A stretch of DNA of 64,000 nucleotides from Minisyncoccota bacterium (GTDB lineage: Bacteria > Patescibacteriota > Minisyncoccia > Phycocordibacterales > UBA6899), in assembly GCA_035583355.1 (NCBI GenBank), contig DATEZQ010000003.1:129844-193843 (forward strand), read 5' to 3'. Position 1 is the stretch's first letter. Each line of letters opens with the position of its first letter. Under the pieces are notes generated by a model that saw only the letters and a program-made list of their open reading frames with translations, was not told the DNA's origin and searched no databases. The position numbers and the translations under genes are program-made. This document shows, piece by piece, positions 24,693-34,117 of the stretch.

Positions 24693-26051
24693 ATGTTGGA
24701 CATAAAGACAATGAAGCTCGCAATCGAGCAGCTTGAGGAGGAGAAGGGTTTGCCAAAAGGTAAGCTCATTGATGCTATTGAAGCATCGCTTGCCGCAGCC
24801 TACAAAAAGGATTTTGGTAAGAAGGGACAGATCGTTCGTGCTGTCCTTGATGAGGATTCAGGTGCGGTGGAATATTCTCAGGTGAAGATCGTTGTCGATG
24901 ATACTATGGTACGTCAGGTGGAAGAGGGTGAGGAACTCGGGGATGAGATTTCGCTTCCTGTCATTCCTTCAGCTGGTGCCATTGTTGTTCCACAGGGTGA
25001 GGAGGATGAGAACGGGGAGCCTATTGACCTTCGTGTTCGTTTCAATCCTGAGCACCATATTATGATTGAAGATGCACGCCTCTTTAAGCGCGGGGCTGCA
25101 CTTGGCGAGGAGATTATTTTCCCACTTGAAATGAAGGATGATTTCGGACGCATCGCAGCGCAGACTGCAAAGCAGGTCATCATTCAGAAGATTCGTGAGG
25201 CAGAGCGTGGCGCCATTCTCGAGGAGTTCTCTTCACGAGGTGACGAAGTCATCACAGGAACGATTCAGCGTATTGAGCGTGGTAATATTTTCGTCGACCT
25301 TGGTCGTGCGACTGCTATTCTTGCTCATGATGATCAGATTCCTGGAGAGCGTGTCCGTATTGGGGACCGTATCCGTGCGTATCTCTATTCTGTGGAGGAG
25401 ACTCCACGAGGTGTGTCGTTGCGTCTCTCTCGCGCACACCCATCTTTTGTAAAAGCATTGTTTGCACTCGAAGCACCAGAAATCGCAAATGGCGTAGTGG
25501 AGATCAAGAGCATCGCTCGTGAGCCAGGATCACGTACGAAGATCGCCGTGACCACCACAGACGAACATATTGATCCTATCGGTACCTGCGTCGGACAGCG
25601 TGGAACGCGCGTTTCGACCATCATTAATGAACTTGGTGGTGAGAAGATCGATATCATCCAGTGGTCGCCAAATGCAGAGGATTTCATCGCGGAATCTCTT
25701 TCACCAGCTCGTGTTGGTGAAGTTGTCATCGACGAAGATGCAAAGCATGCACGCGTGCAGGTAGCAGCCGATCAGCTCTCACTTGCTATCGGTAAGAGCG
25801 GACAGAATGTTCGTCTTGCCGCCCGTCTTACGGGATATCGTATCGATATCAATTCACGTGAGGCAGAAGCAGTCCTCGCAGAGGAGAGCGCTCCGATGCA
25901 TGCGGAAACCGCAGTAAATCCCGAGGAAGAGGTTGCAGAGTTCATTGCCTCTGATGACAATGCACAAGCAGTCGATCCTGAAGTATCTGCTGTAGAGGAG
26001 CGTGTTGATGACCGTTCTGTTGCAGAAGAGAACGTCAACGACGAAGCGTAA
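24693..26051 (+). CDS. nusA: transcription termination/antitermination factor NusA
   Basis: S1 and KH domains, acidic C-terminus. Confidence 0.9.
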   Translation: MLDIKTMKLAIEQLEEEKGLPKGKLIDAIEASLAAAYKKDFGKKGQIVRAVLDEDSGAVEYSQVKIVVDDTMVRQVEEGEELGDEISLPVIPSAGAIVVPQGEEDENGEPIDLRVRFNPEHHIMIEDARLFKRGAALGEEIIFPLEMKDDFGRIAAQTAKQVIIQKIREAERGAILEEFSSRGDEVITGTIQRIERGNIFVDLGRATAILAHDDQIPGERVRIGDRIRAYLYSVEETPRGVSLRLSRAHPSFVKALFALEAPEIANGVVEIKSIAREPGSRTKIAVTTTDEHIDPIGTCVGQRGTRVSTIINELGGEKIDIIQWSPNAEDFIAESLSPARVGEVVIDEDAKHARVQVAADQLSLAIGKSGQNVRLAARLTGYRIDINSREAEAVLAEESAPMHAETAVNPEEEVAEFIASDDNAQAVDPEVSAVEERVDDRSVAEENVNDEA

Positions 26052-26148
26052 TTACAAAAGAATGAGAAAGACGAGAGGAGTAAGGAGAAATGCAAGAGCA
26101 TGTTCTGCTTACTCTTTCTCATCTCCGGAAAAATAATAAACTAAAACT

Positions 26149-26679
26149 ATGCCTTTAAATCTATGGCATGATGTGCCTCGCGGAACAACGCAGGCACTGA
26201 ATGCAATCATTGAGATCCCTATGGGCTCACGCGTGAAGTATGAGCTCGATAAGAAGACGGGAATAATCAAATATGACCGTGTGCTCTATTCACCTATGCA
26301 CTATCCTGCTAACTATGGTTTTGTGCCACAGACCTTGTGGGATGATGGTGATCCGCTTGATGTACTCGTGCTGGGAGCCGAAGAGCTTGTGCCTGGCTGT
26401 CTTATAGAAGTGCGTCCAATTGGCGTACTCGACATGGTTGATGGCGGTGACGGCGATGCGAAAATCTTGGCGGTGCCTTGCAATGATCCACGCTGGAATA
26501 ATACGAACGATATCTCGAATGTCGAAGCACATATCCTTGAGGAAATCAAACACTTCTTCAAAGTGTATAAGACACTCCAGAACAAGGAAGTTTTTGTTGG
26601 CGAGTGGCGTGACCGCGTCGAGGCTGACAAGGATATTGAAAAGTCTTTCGTTTTGTATGACGAAATGATGCATAAGTAG
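26149..26679 (+). CDS. ppa: inorganic pyrophosphatase
   Basis: IEIPMGSRVKYELDKKTG...DGDPLDVLVL. Confidence 0.9.
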   Translation: MPLNLWHDVPRGTTQALNAIIEIPMGSRVKYELDKKTGIIKYDRVLYSPMHYPANYGFVPQTLWDDGDPLDVLVLGAEELVPGCLIEVRPIGVLDMVDGGDGDAKILAVPCNDPRWNNTNDISNVEAHILEEIKHFFKVYKTLQNKEVFVGEWRDRVEADKDIEKSFVLYDEMMHK

Positions 26680-26755
26680 GACCGTATAACAACTCTCTTC
26701 TTGAGGGTTGTTATTTTTTATTACGAATGTTGTGCTGTGCTATAATATGTTTACT

Positions 26756-28510
26756 ATGCTCGCCGAGGAGATCAAATTGAAGAAATTTATTATCGATTCC
26801 GGTGTCATTTCACGCGCGGATATTCTTGCTGCAGAAAAGGAAGCAGAAAATAGCAGCAGCACGCTCGCGGAAACACTTGTAAAGCAAGGGAAGGTTACGG
26901 CAGATGACATGCGTCGCATGCAGGCTTATGTGCTTGGTATTCCTTATGTCGACCTTCGTGGACAAAAGATCGAAGCTGAGGTGCTCGCATTGGTTCCAGA
27001 ACCAATAGCGCGTAGACACAATATCGTTGCATTTCGACGCTCCGAACAGGGTCTCGAGGTTGCAATGCTCGACATCAATGACCTTGAAGCGATAGACTTT
27101 GTGCGCAAGAAGGTGGGTATTCGCATACTTACGAGACTCACGGACCGGGAGTCGATGAAATCAGTGCTTCTGCAGTATCAAAAGTCTCTTAAGGCGGAGT
27201 TTGGGGATATCATCCAACAGGAAGCAAAGGCGATGAAGGTGATTCGAGGTGAGTCAGGAGATGAGGCCGCGTCTGAAATGGACCTCAAGAAGCTTGCAGA
27301 AGATCTACCAGTGGTGCGTATCGTTGATACACTACTTAATCATGCAATCTTGCAGGGTGCGTCTGATATTCATATTGAGCCAATGGAGAACCAGCTCTTG
27401 GTGCGTTATCGTATTGATGGTATTTTGCATGACGCCATGGTGCTCCCAAAGGACACCGCTCCTGGCATTACCGCACGCGTTAAAGTGCTCTCGAACCTGA
27501 AGCTCGATGAGAAGCGTTTGCCGCAAGATGGACGCTTTAAGATCCAGCTTGATGCAGAAAAAGTTTCCTTCCGTGTATCGACATTGCCGACGCACTTTGG
27601 AGAGAAGACCGTCATGCGCCTCCTCCGTGAGTCATCAGGTGGATACACCCTTGAGGCCTTAGGCTTCCACGGTTATTCACTTGAGACATTGCATCAGGCA
27701 ACGAAACAGCATATTGGACTTATTCTTGTCACAGGTCCTACTGGTTCTGGTAAGACAACGACACTCTATACAATGGTCGACATCTTGAATACTCCTGATG
27801 TAAACATTTCTACCGTTGAGGATCCTATTGAGTATCAGATGCCACGTATTAATCAGACACAGATTAGGCAAGATATTGGTCTCACGTTCGCCGCCGGTTT
27901 GCGCTCACTCTTGCGCCAAGATCCTGACGTGATTATGGTTGGAGAAATTCGTGATGGTGAAACTGCATCGCTTGCTATTAATGCTGCACTCACTGGACAT
28001 CTCGTGCTTTCGACACTCCATACGAACTCTGCTGCAGGTGCGATTCCACGCTTCATCGATATGGGTGCTGAGCCATTCCTTATCGTTTCAACGGTGAATG
28101 TTGTTGTTGGACAGCGTCTTGTGCGCAGGCTCACTGCAGCGAAAGAGAAATATAATATGACCCCCGAGGAACTGCGCAATTTGTCTCGAGGAGTCAATAT
28201 GGATCGTTTGCTTGAAGCGCTCATCGAGGAAAAGATTGTGCCAAAGGACACAACTTGGGAGACGATGCCATTCTACAAGCCAAAGCCTGGTGCTGATAGT
28301 GAAGACGGCTATAAGGGCCGTATTGGTATCCATGAGGTGCTCAAAATGTCTACGATGCTTCGCGAGCTCGCACTGAAGAATGCTCCAGCCGAGCAGATCG
28401 AGACGCAGGCACGTAAGGAAGGAATGTTTACGATGCTCGAGGATGGTATATTTAAAGCGGTGATGGGTCTGACAACCATAGAGGAAGTGTATCGTGTTGT
28501 GAATGAATAA
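26756..28510 (+). CDS. pilB: type IV pilus assembly ATPase PilB/GspE family
   Basis: Walker A GPTGSGKTT, GEIRD, an Asp box and the tetracysteine-less C-terminus of a PilB-like protein. TATAAT at 26741-26746 suggests a leaderless start at 26756. The ORF track starts at 26708. Confidence 0.85.
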   Translation: MLAEEIKLKKFIIDSGVISRADILAAEKEAENSSSTLAETLVKQGKVTADDMRRMQAYVLGIPYVDLRGQKIEAEVLALVPEPIARRHNIVAFRRSEQGLEVAMLDINDLEAIDFVRKKVGIRILTRLTDRESMKSVLLQYQKSLKAEFGDIIQQEAKAMKVIRGESGDEAASEMDLKKLAEDLPVVRIVDTLLNHAILQGASDIHIEPMENQLLVRYRIDGILHDAMVLPKDTAPGITARVKVLSNLKLDEKRLPQDGRFKIQLDAEKVSFRVSTLPTHFGEKTVMRLLRESSGGYTLEALGFHGYSLETLHQATKQHIGLILVTGPTGSGKTTTLYTMVDILNTPDVNISTVEDPIEYQMPRINQTQIRQDIGLTFAAGLRSLLRQDPDVIMVGEIRDGETASLAINAALTGHLVLSTLHTNSAAGAIPRFIDMGAEPFLIVSTVNVVVGQRLVRRLTAAKEKYNMTPEELRNLSRGVNMDRLLEALIEEKIVPKDTTWETMPFYKPKPGADSEDGYKGRIGIHEVLKMSTMLRELALKNAPAEQIETQARKEGMFTMLEDGIFKAVMGLTTIEEVYRVVNE

Positions 28511-28511
28511 A

Positions 28512-28531
28512 AAACATAGCTTTGCTATGTT
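28512..28531 (+). terminator. pilB terminator
   Basis: aacatagc-tttg-ctatgtt plus T-run. Confidence 0.65.
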
Positions 28532-28566
28532 TTTTATTTTCACATCACGAGACACTCCTCAAGTTC

Positions 28567-28680
28567 GCGGCACTGGCCTTTTTGCCGGGGGCTGCCTCAC
28601 GCTTCGCCTTCGCCGTACCACTGTACGTCGTCAGGCTCCAGCGAGGCAGCCGCCGACAAAAATGCTCAGTGTTTCATAGT
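28567..28680 (+). promoter_or_regulatory. conserved structured intergenic element, copy 1 (upstream of pilC)
   Basis: About 75 percent identical to 62033-62145. Outer stem GGCUGCCUC/GAGGCAGCC and inner hairpin CGUAC-cacu-GUACG. Copy 2 shows compensatory changes in both stems. Conserved 3' tail aaaaatgctcagtgtttcat. Confidence 0.55.
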
Positions 28681-28745
28681 TTGGGAGATGCAATGCACTG
28701 CGACTTTGTCGCAGAGGAAATACAATTCATGGTATTATTAAGACA

Positions 28746-29966
28746 ATGACGAAGTTCCAGTACAAGGCACAATTGATTGCGACAGCAGGAGAGGTTGGTG
28801 GAGTTGCTGAAGCGAAGGACAAGTTTGAGCTCGCCCATAAGCTCAAAGATGAGGGCAAGCTGCTTATTTCTGCTACTCCAGTCACTGGCTTCCATTTCAA
28901 TATGGATGCAATCAATGCACACCTCACGCGTGTGGACTTGCGAGACAAGATTCTACTTGCGAATAATCTCGCGACAATGATTCAGGCAGGACTTCCTCTT
29001 TCTCGTGCGCTCGGTATCATCTTGAAGCAAACGACAAATCCAAAGTTGAAGCAGGTGCTCGCAAGTCTCGTCGATAGTATCAACAAAGGAATGACGCTTT
29101 CTGATGCACTGAATAAGTTCCCAGATATCTTCCCTGATGTGTTTATTTCTATGGTGCGTGCAGGTGAAGAGTCAGGTGGGCTTGTGGAGGCATTACAAGT
29201 AGTAGGTGGGCAGATGGAAAAGACCTATACCCTTACGAAGAAGGTGAAGGGTGCAATGATGTATCCGATGGTGGTCACGACAGTTATGATTGCGGTGGGT
29301 GTCCTCATGATGATCTATGTTGTTCCGGGCCTCGCGCAGACATTTGCCGAAGCGAACGTCGCACTCCCTACACTGACAAAAATATTCATTGTTACCGCAG
29401 ACTTCTTGAAAAATGACAGTATCGTTGCTGCGATTTCTCTTGTCGTACTTATTGTTGGAGTAGTGCTTTTCAAGCGTACAAAGGTGGGAAACCGCACATT
29501 CGCATTTGTCGCACTTAAGGTGCCCGTATTCGGTATTTTAGTGAAGCAGTACAATACCGCTCTTGTGACACGTACGCTGTCATCACTTATTTCCTCGGGA
29601 GTAGATATTGTGCGTGCAATTGATATCACGCGAGATGTCTCGAGCAATGTCTTCTATCGTGAAACACTTGATGCAGCAAAAGAAGACGTTCAGAAGGGTG
29701 TACCACTCTCTCAGTCATTTGTGAAGAATGCACAGATTTACCCACTCATGGTTGGTGATATGATGGAAGTGGGCGAGGAGACAGGACAGCTCTCGCAGAT
29801 GCTCAAGAAGATTGCTACGTACTATGAGCAGGAAGTCGAGCAAGCAACGAGCGATATGAGTAAACTCTTTGAGCCTATTCTTATGGTTATGATTGGTACG
29901 TTCGTTGGACTCTTTGCAATGGCAATGATTAGTCCGATGTACTCGATTATGTCGACCATTAATTAA
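28746..29966 (+). CDS. pilC: type IV pilus inner-membrane platform protein PilC/GspF family
   Basis: Two GspF repeats, polytopic membrane protein, 406 aa. Confidence 0.85.
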   Translation: MTKFQYKAQLIATAGEVGGVAEAKDKFELAHKLKDEGKLLISATPVTGFHFNMDAINAHLTRVDLRDKILLANNLATMIQAGLPLSRALGIILKQTTNPKLKQVLASLVDSINKGMTLSDALNKFPDIFPDVFISMVRAGEESGGLVEALQVVGGQMEKTYTLTKKVKGAMMYPMVVTTVMIAVGVLMMIYVVPGLAQTFAEANVALPTLTKIFIVTADFLKNDSIVAAISLVVLIVGVVLFKRTKVGNRTFAFVALKVPVFGILVKQYNTALVTRTLSSLISSGVDIVRAIDITRDVSSNVFYRETLDAAKEDVQKGVPLSQSFVKNAQIYPLMVGDMMEVGEETGQLSQMLKKIATYYEQEVEQATSDMSKLFEPILMVMIGTFVGLFAMAMISPMYSIMSTIN

Positions 29967-29969
29967 AAT

Positions 29970-30000
29970 AAATACACATCCGCAATGCGGATGTGTATTT
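29970..30000. terminator. bidirectional terminator
   Basis: aaatacacatccgcaatgcggatgtgtattt. Confidence 0.7.
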
Positions 30001-30002
30001 AT

Positions 30003-30167
30003 TTACCTTGTGGTTACGATGAACTGTGGTGAGGTATCCACTCCGTTCTGGAGTTTAGCCTTCTCGGTGCGGAAGTAGAAGGTATATGCAACAAGGGGAA
30101 TTGCAGAAAGAACGATAAGGAGTGTTCCGACACTTGTGCTTATCTTGGTGGTACGTAATATTTCCAT
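30003..30167 (-). CDS. possible small membrane protein (54 aa), absent from the ORF track
   Basis: Hand translation gives MEILRTTKISTSVGTLLIVLSAIPLVAYTFYFRTEKAKLQNGVDTSPQFIVTTR, with one TM helix. No clear RBS. Confidence 0.25.
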   Translation of the reverse strand: MEILRTTKISTSVGTLLIVLSAIPLVAYTFYFRTEKAKLQNGVDTSPQFIVTTR

Positions 30168-30338
30168 TACTCAAGAATATCATTTGCCCACGGTTTGCAA
30201 ACTTGCGCAAATGGCTTAGATATTGGTCTTTTTTTATACAGACAATGCAGTGATTGCAAGTGCAATTACATATTAGTAATCAATCAATGTGTCTGTCCAG
30301 GAGAAGTATGGCATAAGTAAATGGTATAATACCCCTAT

Positions 30339-31100
30339 ATGAAATATATAGTGGGAAACTGGAAGATGTATCCTCGCAGCCTCGCTGAGGCAAAAGAGAT
30401 CGTAGCTGAAGTAAAAGCTATTGCGCGCAAGGCCGTTATGAAGAAAGTCCAGCCAGTCATTTGTCCTCCTTCTGTATTTCTTGCGGGGCTTATGGGAAGT
30501 GGAAGTAGTTTGCAGTTTGGTGGACAGAATGCCGCCGCAATTGGGGAGGGACCATTTACCGGTGAGGTCTCTCCTGTGCAACTTGCCTCCCTTGGGGCAA
30601 AATATGTGATCTTGGGCCACTCGGAGCGAAGAGCGCTCGGTGAGTCTGATGCGGATGTGGCTGCAAAGGCCATTGCTGCCGTTAAGGCCGGACTTATGGT
30701 CATTCTCTGTGTCGGAGAAAAAGAGCGTGATCATGACGGGCATTATTTCGTAGAGGTAGCGAATCAGCTCCGCGGATCACTTGCGAATTTCCCAGAGTCA
30801 AAGTCTGTACAGCTCATGATCGCATATGAACCAATTTGGGCAATTGGAGTAAATGCAACACATCCTGCTACTCCAAGAGATCATCAAGAAATGAGTATGC
30901 TCTTGCGACGCACACTTGCGGAGCTCTTCGGCAAGCAGAAGGGATTTCATATTCCACTACTCTACGGAGGTTCAGTGGATGCAAAGAATGCTCAGAGTTT
31001 TCTTGATATTGGTGCTGATGGTCTTCTTGTTGGTCGCACGAGTCTGCGCGCAAAAGATTTTGCTTTGATTATTCATAATGCCGTCCAAAACAATGCATAA
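30339..31100 (+). CDS. tpiA: triosephosphate isomerase
   Basis: MKYIVGNWKM ... GHSERR ... YEPIWAIG ... YGGSV. TATAAT at 30325-30330 lies 8 nt upstream of the ATG. Confidence 0.9.
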   Translation: MKYIVGNWKMYPRSLAEAKEIVAEVKAIARKAVMKKVQPVICPPSVFLAGLMGSGSSLQFGGQNAAAIGEGPFTGEVSPVQLASLGAKYVILGHSERRALGESDADVAAKAIAAVKAGLMVILCVGEKERDHDGHYFVEVANQLRGSLANFPESKSVQLMIAYEPIWAIGVNATHPATPRDHQEMSMLLRRTLAELFGKQKGFHIPLLYGGSVDAKNAQSFLDIGADGLLVGRTSLRAKDFALIIHNAVQNNA

Positions 31101-32241
31101 GGGATTCCCGCTCATGACTGCGCACGCTGACCTCTTCAAAGGTAAACGCGTGCTCCTACGTCTTGACCTCAACGTACCGCTCGCACTTAATACTATTCGT
31201 AGTGATTTTCGAATTCGAGCGTCTCTTCCAACGTTAAATTTCTTACGCACGCACGGTGCTCGCGTTATCATATTGAGTCATATTGGAAAAGGTGATCCCA
31301 AAGACTCCTTGCGACCTATTGCGGAGTATCTTTCGCGTATGATGCCGCTCTTGTTCCTTGATCGATTTGATACTGAAGCAAACAAGAGGGTTGTCGATGC
31401 AATGAATGATGGCGATGTGGTCATGCTTGAGAACTTACGACTCCATGCGGGCGAGAAAGATAATTCACCAGAATTTGCGGCAGAGCTTGCAGCACTTGGT
31501 GATTATTACGTCAATGATGGATTTGCGGTTTCACATCGAGCGCATGCCTCGATTGTTGGTGTTCCTGCGTTGCTGCCCTCATTCGCGGGTATGCGTTTTG
31601 CGGAAGAGGCTGCGGAGCTCTCTCGTGTGTTTGACCCACAGCATCCATTTCTCTTTATTATGGGAGGAACGAAAGTTGCAACCAAGCTTCCACTTTTGCA
31701 GAAGTTGAGTAAGCTCGCTGATCATATTTTTGTTGGAGGAGTAGTTGCAAACGATTTCTTGAAGGCTAAGGGATATAATGTCGGATGTTCAATTTGTGAC
31801 ACTGATATGGGAGAGGAGCTACTCGCGATAAGTCATGATCCGAAGCTCATTACGCCAATGGATGTTGTAGTGAAGGGTGGTGGTGGTAACCGTACTGCAC
31901 TTGTAGATGATATTCTCGATGGAGAAATGGTAGCGGATATTGGACGGGAAACCGTTACTGCGCTTGAGCAGGTGCTTGGGGAATCGAAGCTCGTTGTCTG
32001 GAACGGCCCTCTCGGTTTCTACGAAGAAGGTTATACCGATGGTAGTCGTGAGCTCCTTGAGCGCATCCTTGGAAGTAACGCATATGCAATACTTGGAGGG
32101 GGAGATACTGTTGCGCTTGTTGAGTCAATGGGGAGTATCGAGCGATTCGGTTTTGTTTCCACCGGTGGTGGCGCAATGCTTGAATATCTTGCGAATGAAA
32201 CACTTCCAGGACTTGATGCGCTCCGTGGGCTTCCTGCATAA
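31078..32241 (+). CDS. pgk: phosphoglycerate kinase
   Basis: KGKRVLLRLDLNVPL ... MGGTKVATKL ... WNGPLG. Overlaps the tpiA 3' end by about 23 nt. Confidence 0.9.
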   Translation: MPSKTMHKGFPLMTAHADLFKGKRVLLRLDLNVPLALNTIRSDFRIRASLPTLNFLRTHGARVIILSHIGKGDPKDSLRPIAEYLSRMMPLLFLDRFDTEANKRVVDAMNDGDVVMLENLRLHAGEKDNSPEFAAELAALGDYYVNDGFAVSHRAHASIVGVPALLPSFAGMRFAEEAAELSRVFDPQHPFLFIMGGTKVATKLPLLQKLSKLADHIFVGGVVANDFLKAKGYNVGCSICDTDMGEELLAISHDPKLITPMDVVVKGGGGNRTALVDDILDGEMVADIGRETVTALEQVLGESKLVVWNGPLGFYEEGYTDGSRELLERILGSNAYAILGGGDTVALVESMGSIERFGFVSTGGGAMLEYLANETLPGLDALRGLPA

Positions 32242-32284
32242 TAAAAGACGCCAAAAGGCGTTTTTTGTTATACAATACTGCTAT

Positions 32285-33943
32285 ATGACGAGCGAACAGC
32301 TGGCAAAAGAATTACAGACACTTATAAAAGGTGATGTTGTGTTTGATGATCAAACACTCGATCGCATGAGTCACGATATGAGTATTTTCGAGATGCGACC
32401 GAAGATTATAGTCTACCCAAAGGACGAGACTGATGTTTCGATTGTTGTGCGATTTGTAAAGATGAAGAAGGCAACAGGCGAAGATATATCTATTACCGCA
32501 CGAGCAGCGGGGAGTGACATGTCTGGCGGAGTGCTTTCTACTGGAGTTGTCCTGGTGTACACAAAGTACATGAATCAACTCAAGGAAGTAGGAGTCGACT
32601 TTGCCATTGTTGAACCGGGAATGTTCTATCGCGACTTTGATGCAGAGACAAAAAAGCATGATGGACTTATTCTGCCGAGTTTCCCCGCTTCTCGAGAGAT
32701 TTGCGCATTAGGGGGGATGATAAATAATAATTCTGGCGGTGAGCTCAATCTGCGTTATGGTAAAACGGATCGTTACGTCCATGCGCTCTCAGTGACCCTT
32801 TCAGACGGATCGTCCGCAGAGTTCAAGAAGATCACACTCGATGAGCTCGAGCAGAAGAAAACTGGAAATGGATTTGAAGCACAGATCTATCGAGACATGC
32901 ATCGAATGCTCAAGGAGCACAAGCAAGAGATAGAAAATAGCACTCCGACAGTTACGAAGAATTCTGCAGGGTATGCATTGTGGGATGTGCTCGATGAGGA
33001 GAGGGGGACATTTGATCTTGCGCGTCTCTTGGTTGGAGCACAGGGTACCCTCGCACTTGTGAATGAAGCAAAGGTTGGACTTGTGAAACCAAAACCACGT
33101 CGCGCTATGATGGTCGCATTCGTTCATAGTCTCAAGGATGTTCCAGAAGTCATGCATCGTATACTTCCACTCTCTCCTGAGTCATGTGAGTCTTATGATG
33201 AGAATACACTCAAGCTGGCACTTCGATTCTTCCCCGAATTGTTCAAACAGCTTGGATTCATGAACATGCTCAAACTTGGTTTCTCATTCATTCCAGAACT
33301 CCTCATGTTCGTGCGTGGTGGAGCACCTGATCTTATTATTATGGTCGAGTTTGCAGAAGATACTGATGAGGAGGCGCTCCGAAAGGCACGAGCTGCAGCG
33401 TGGTCACTTCGTGATCTTAATGCAAAGACTGAGGTTATCAATACCGCGCTTGGTGCAAAGAAATTCTGGACCATTAGACGTGAGAGTTTTGCGCTCTTGC
33501 GCAAGAACCCAAAGGGGCTCAAAGCCGCGCCATTCATTGATGATTTCGTTGTTCACGTCGATGATCTTCCACACTTCCTTCCCGAACTCATTACACTGCT
33601 TTCTCCATACAAATTGACCTTTACAATTGCTGGTCATGTTGGAGATGGGAACTTCCACATCATCCCGCTTATGAATCTCGCTGACCCAAAGTCACATGAT
33701 ATCATCATAGAACTTTCGCAGAAGGTATACGCACTCGTTCATCAATATCATGGTTCAATTACCGGTGAGCACAATGATGGCATCATTCGTACACCATACT
33801 TGCCAATGATGTTCACTCCTGCCATGCTCGAGCTCTTCGCACAGACTAAGCATATCTTTGACCCTCAGAACATCTTGAACCCCGGCAAAAAAGTCGGCGG
33901 CACGATCGCAGACATCAAGAAGTACATGATGTCGCACAAATAA
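32285..33943 (+). CDS. FAD-linked oxidase (GlcD/D-lactate dehydrogenase-like, FAD_binding_4)
   Basis: FAD-binding domain RAAGSDMSGG ... C-terminal oxidase domain. The start is at Met 32285 inside the longer ORF that begins at 31940. Confidence 0.8.
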   Translation: MTSEQLAKELQTLIKGDVVFDDQTLDRMSHDMSIFEMRPKIIVYPKDETDVSIVVRFVKMKKATGEDISITARAAGSDMSGGVLSTGVVLVYTKYMNQLKEVGVDFAIVEPGMFYRDFDAETKKHDGLILPSFPASREICALGGMINNNSGGELNLRYGKTDRYVHALSVTLSDGSSAEFKKITLDELEQKKTGNGFEAQIYRDMHRMLKEHKQEIENSTPTVTKNSAGYALWDVLDEERGTFDLARLLVGAQGTLALVNEAKVGLVKPKPRRAMMVAFVHSLKDVPEVMHRILPLSPESCESYDENTLKLALRFFPELFKQLGFMNMLKLGFSFIPELLMFVRGGAPDLIIMVEFAEDTDEEALRKARAAAWSLRDLNAKTEVINTALGAKKFWTIRRESFALLRKNPKGLKAAPFIDDFVVHVDDLPHFLPELITLLSPYKLTFTIAGHVGDGNFHIIPLMNLADPKSHDIIIELSQKVYALVHQYHGSITGEHNDGIIRTPYLPMMFTPAMLELFAQTKHIFDPQNILNPGKKVGGTIADIKKYMMSHK

Positions 33944-33945
33944 AA

Positions 33946-33969
33946 CAAAAACCGCTTTCGCGGTTTTTG
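33946..33969 (+). terminator. rho-independent terminator
   Basis: aaaaaccgc-tttc-gcggttttt. Confidence 0.7.
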
Positions 33970-34117
33970 TTTTTCTAAATATGATGCTAAATCATTTAGT
34001 ATTGGAATTCGGATGAAGATTGTCTTGCTGGAGGCGAATGAACTCTAGGGAGATGGGCCCGTCGCCCATCGACTGAGTCATTTGCCGAAGCAAGGCAATA
34101 TTCGCCGAATTACGATA

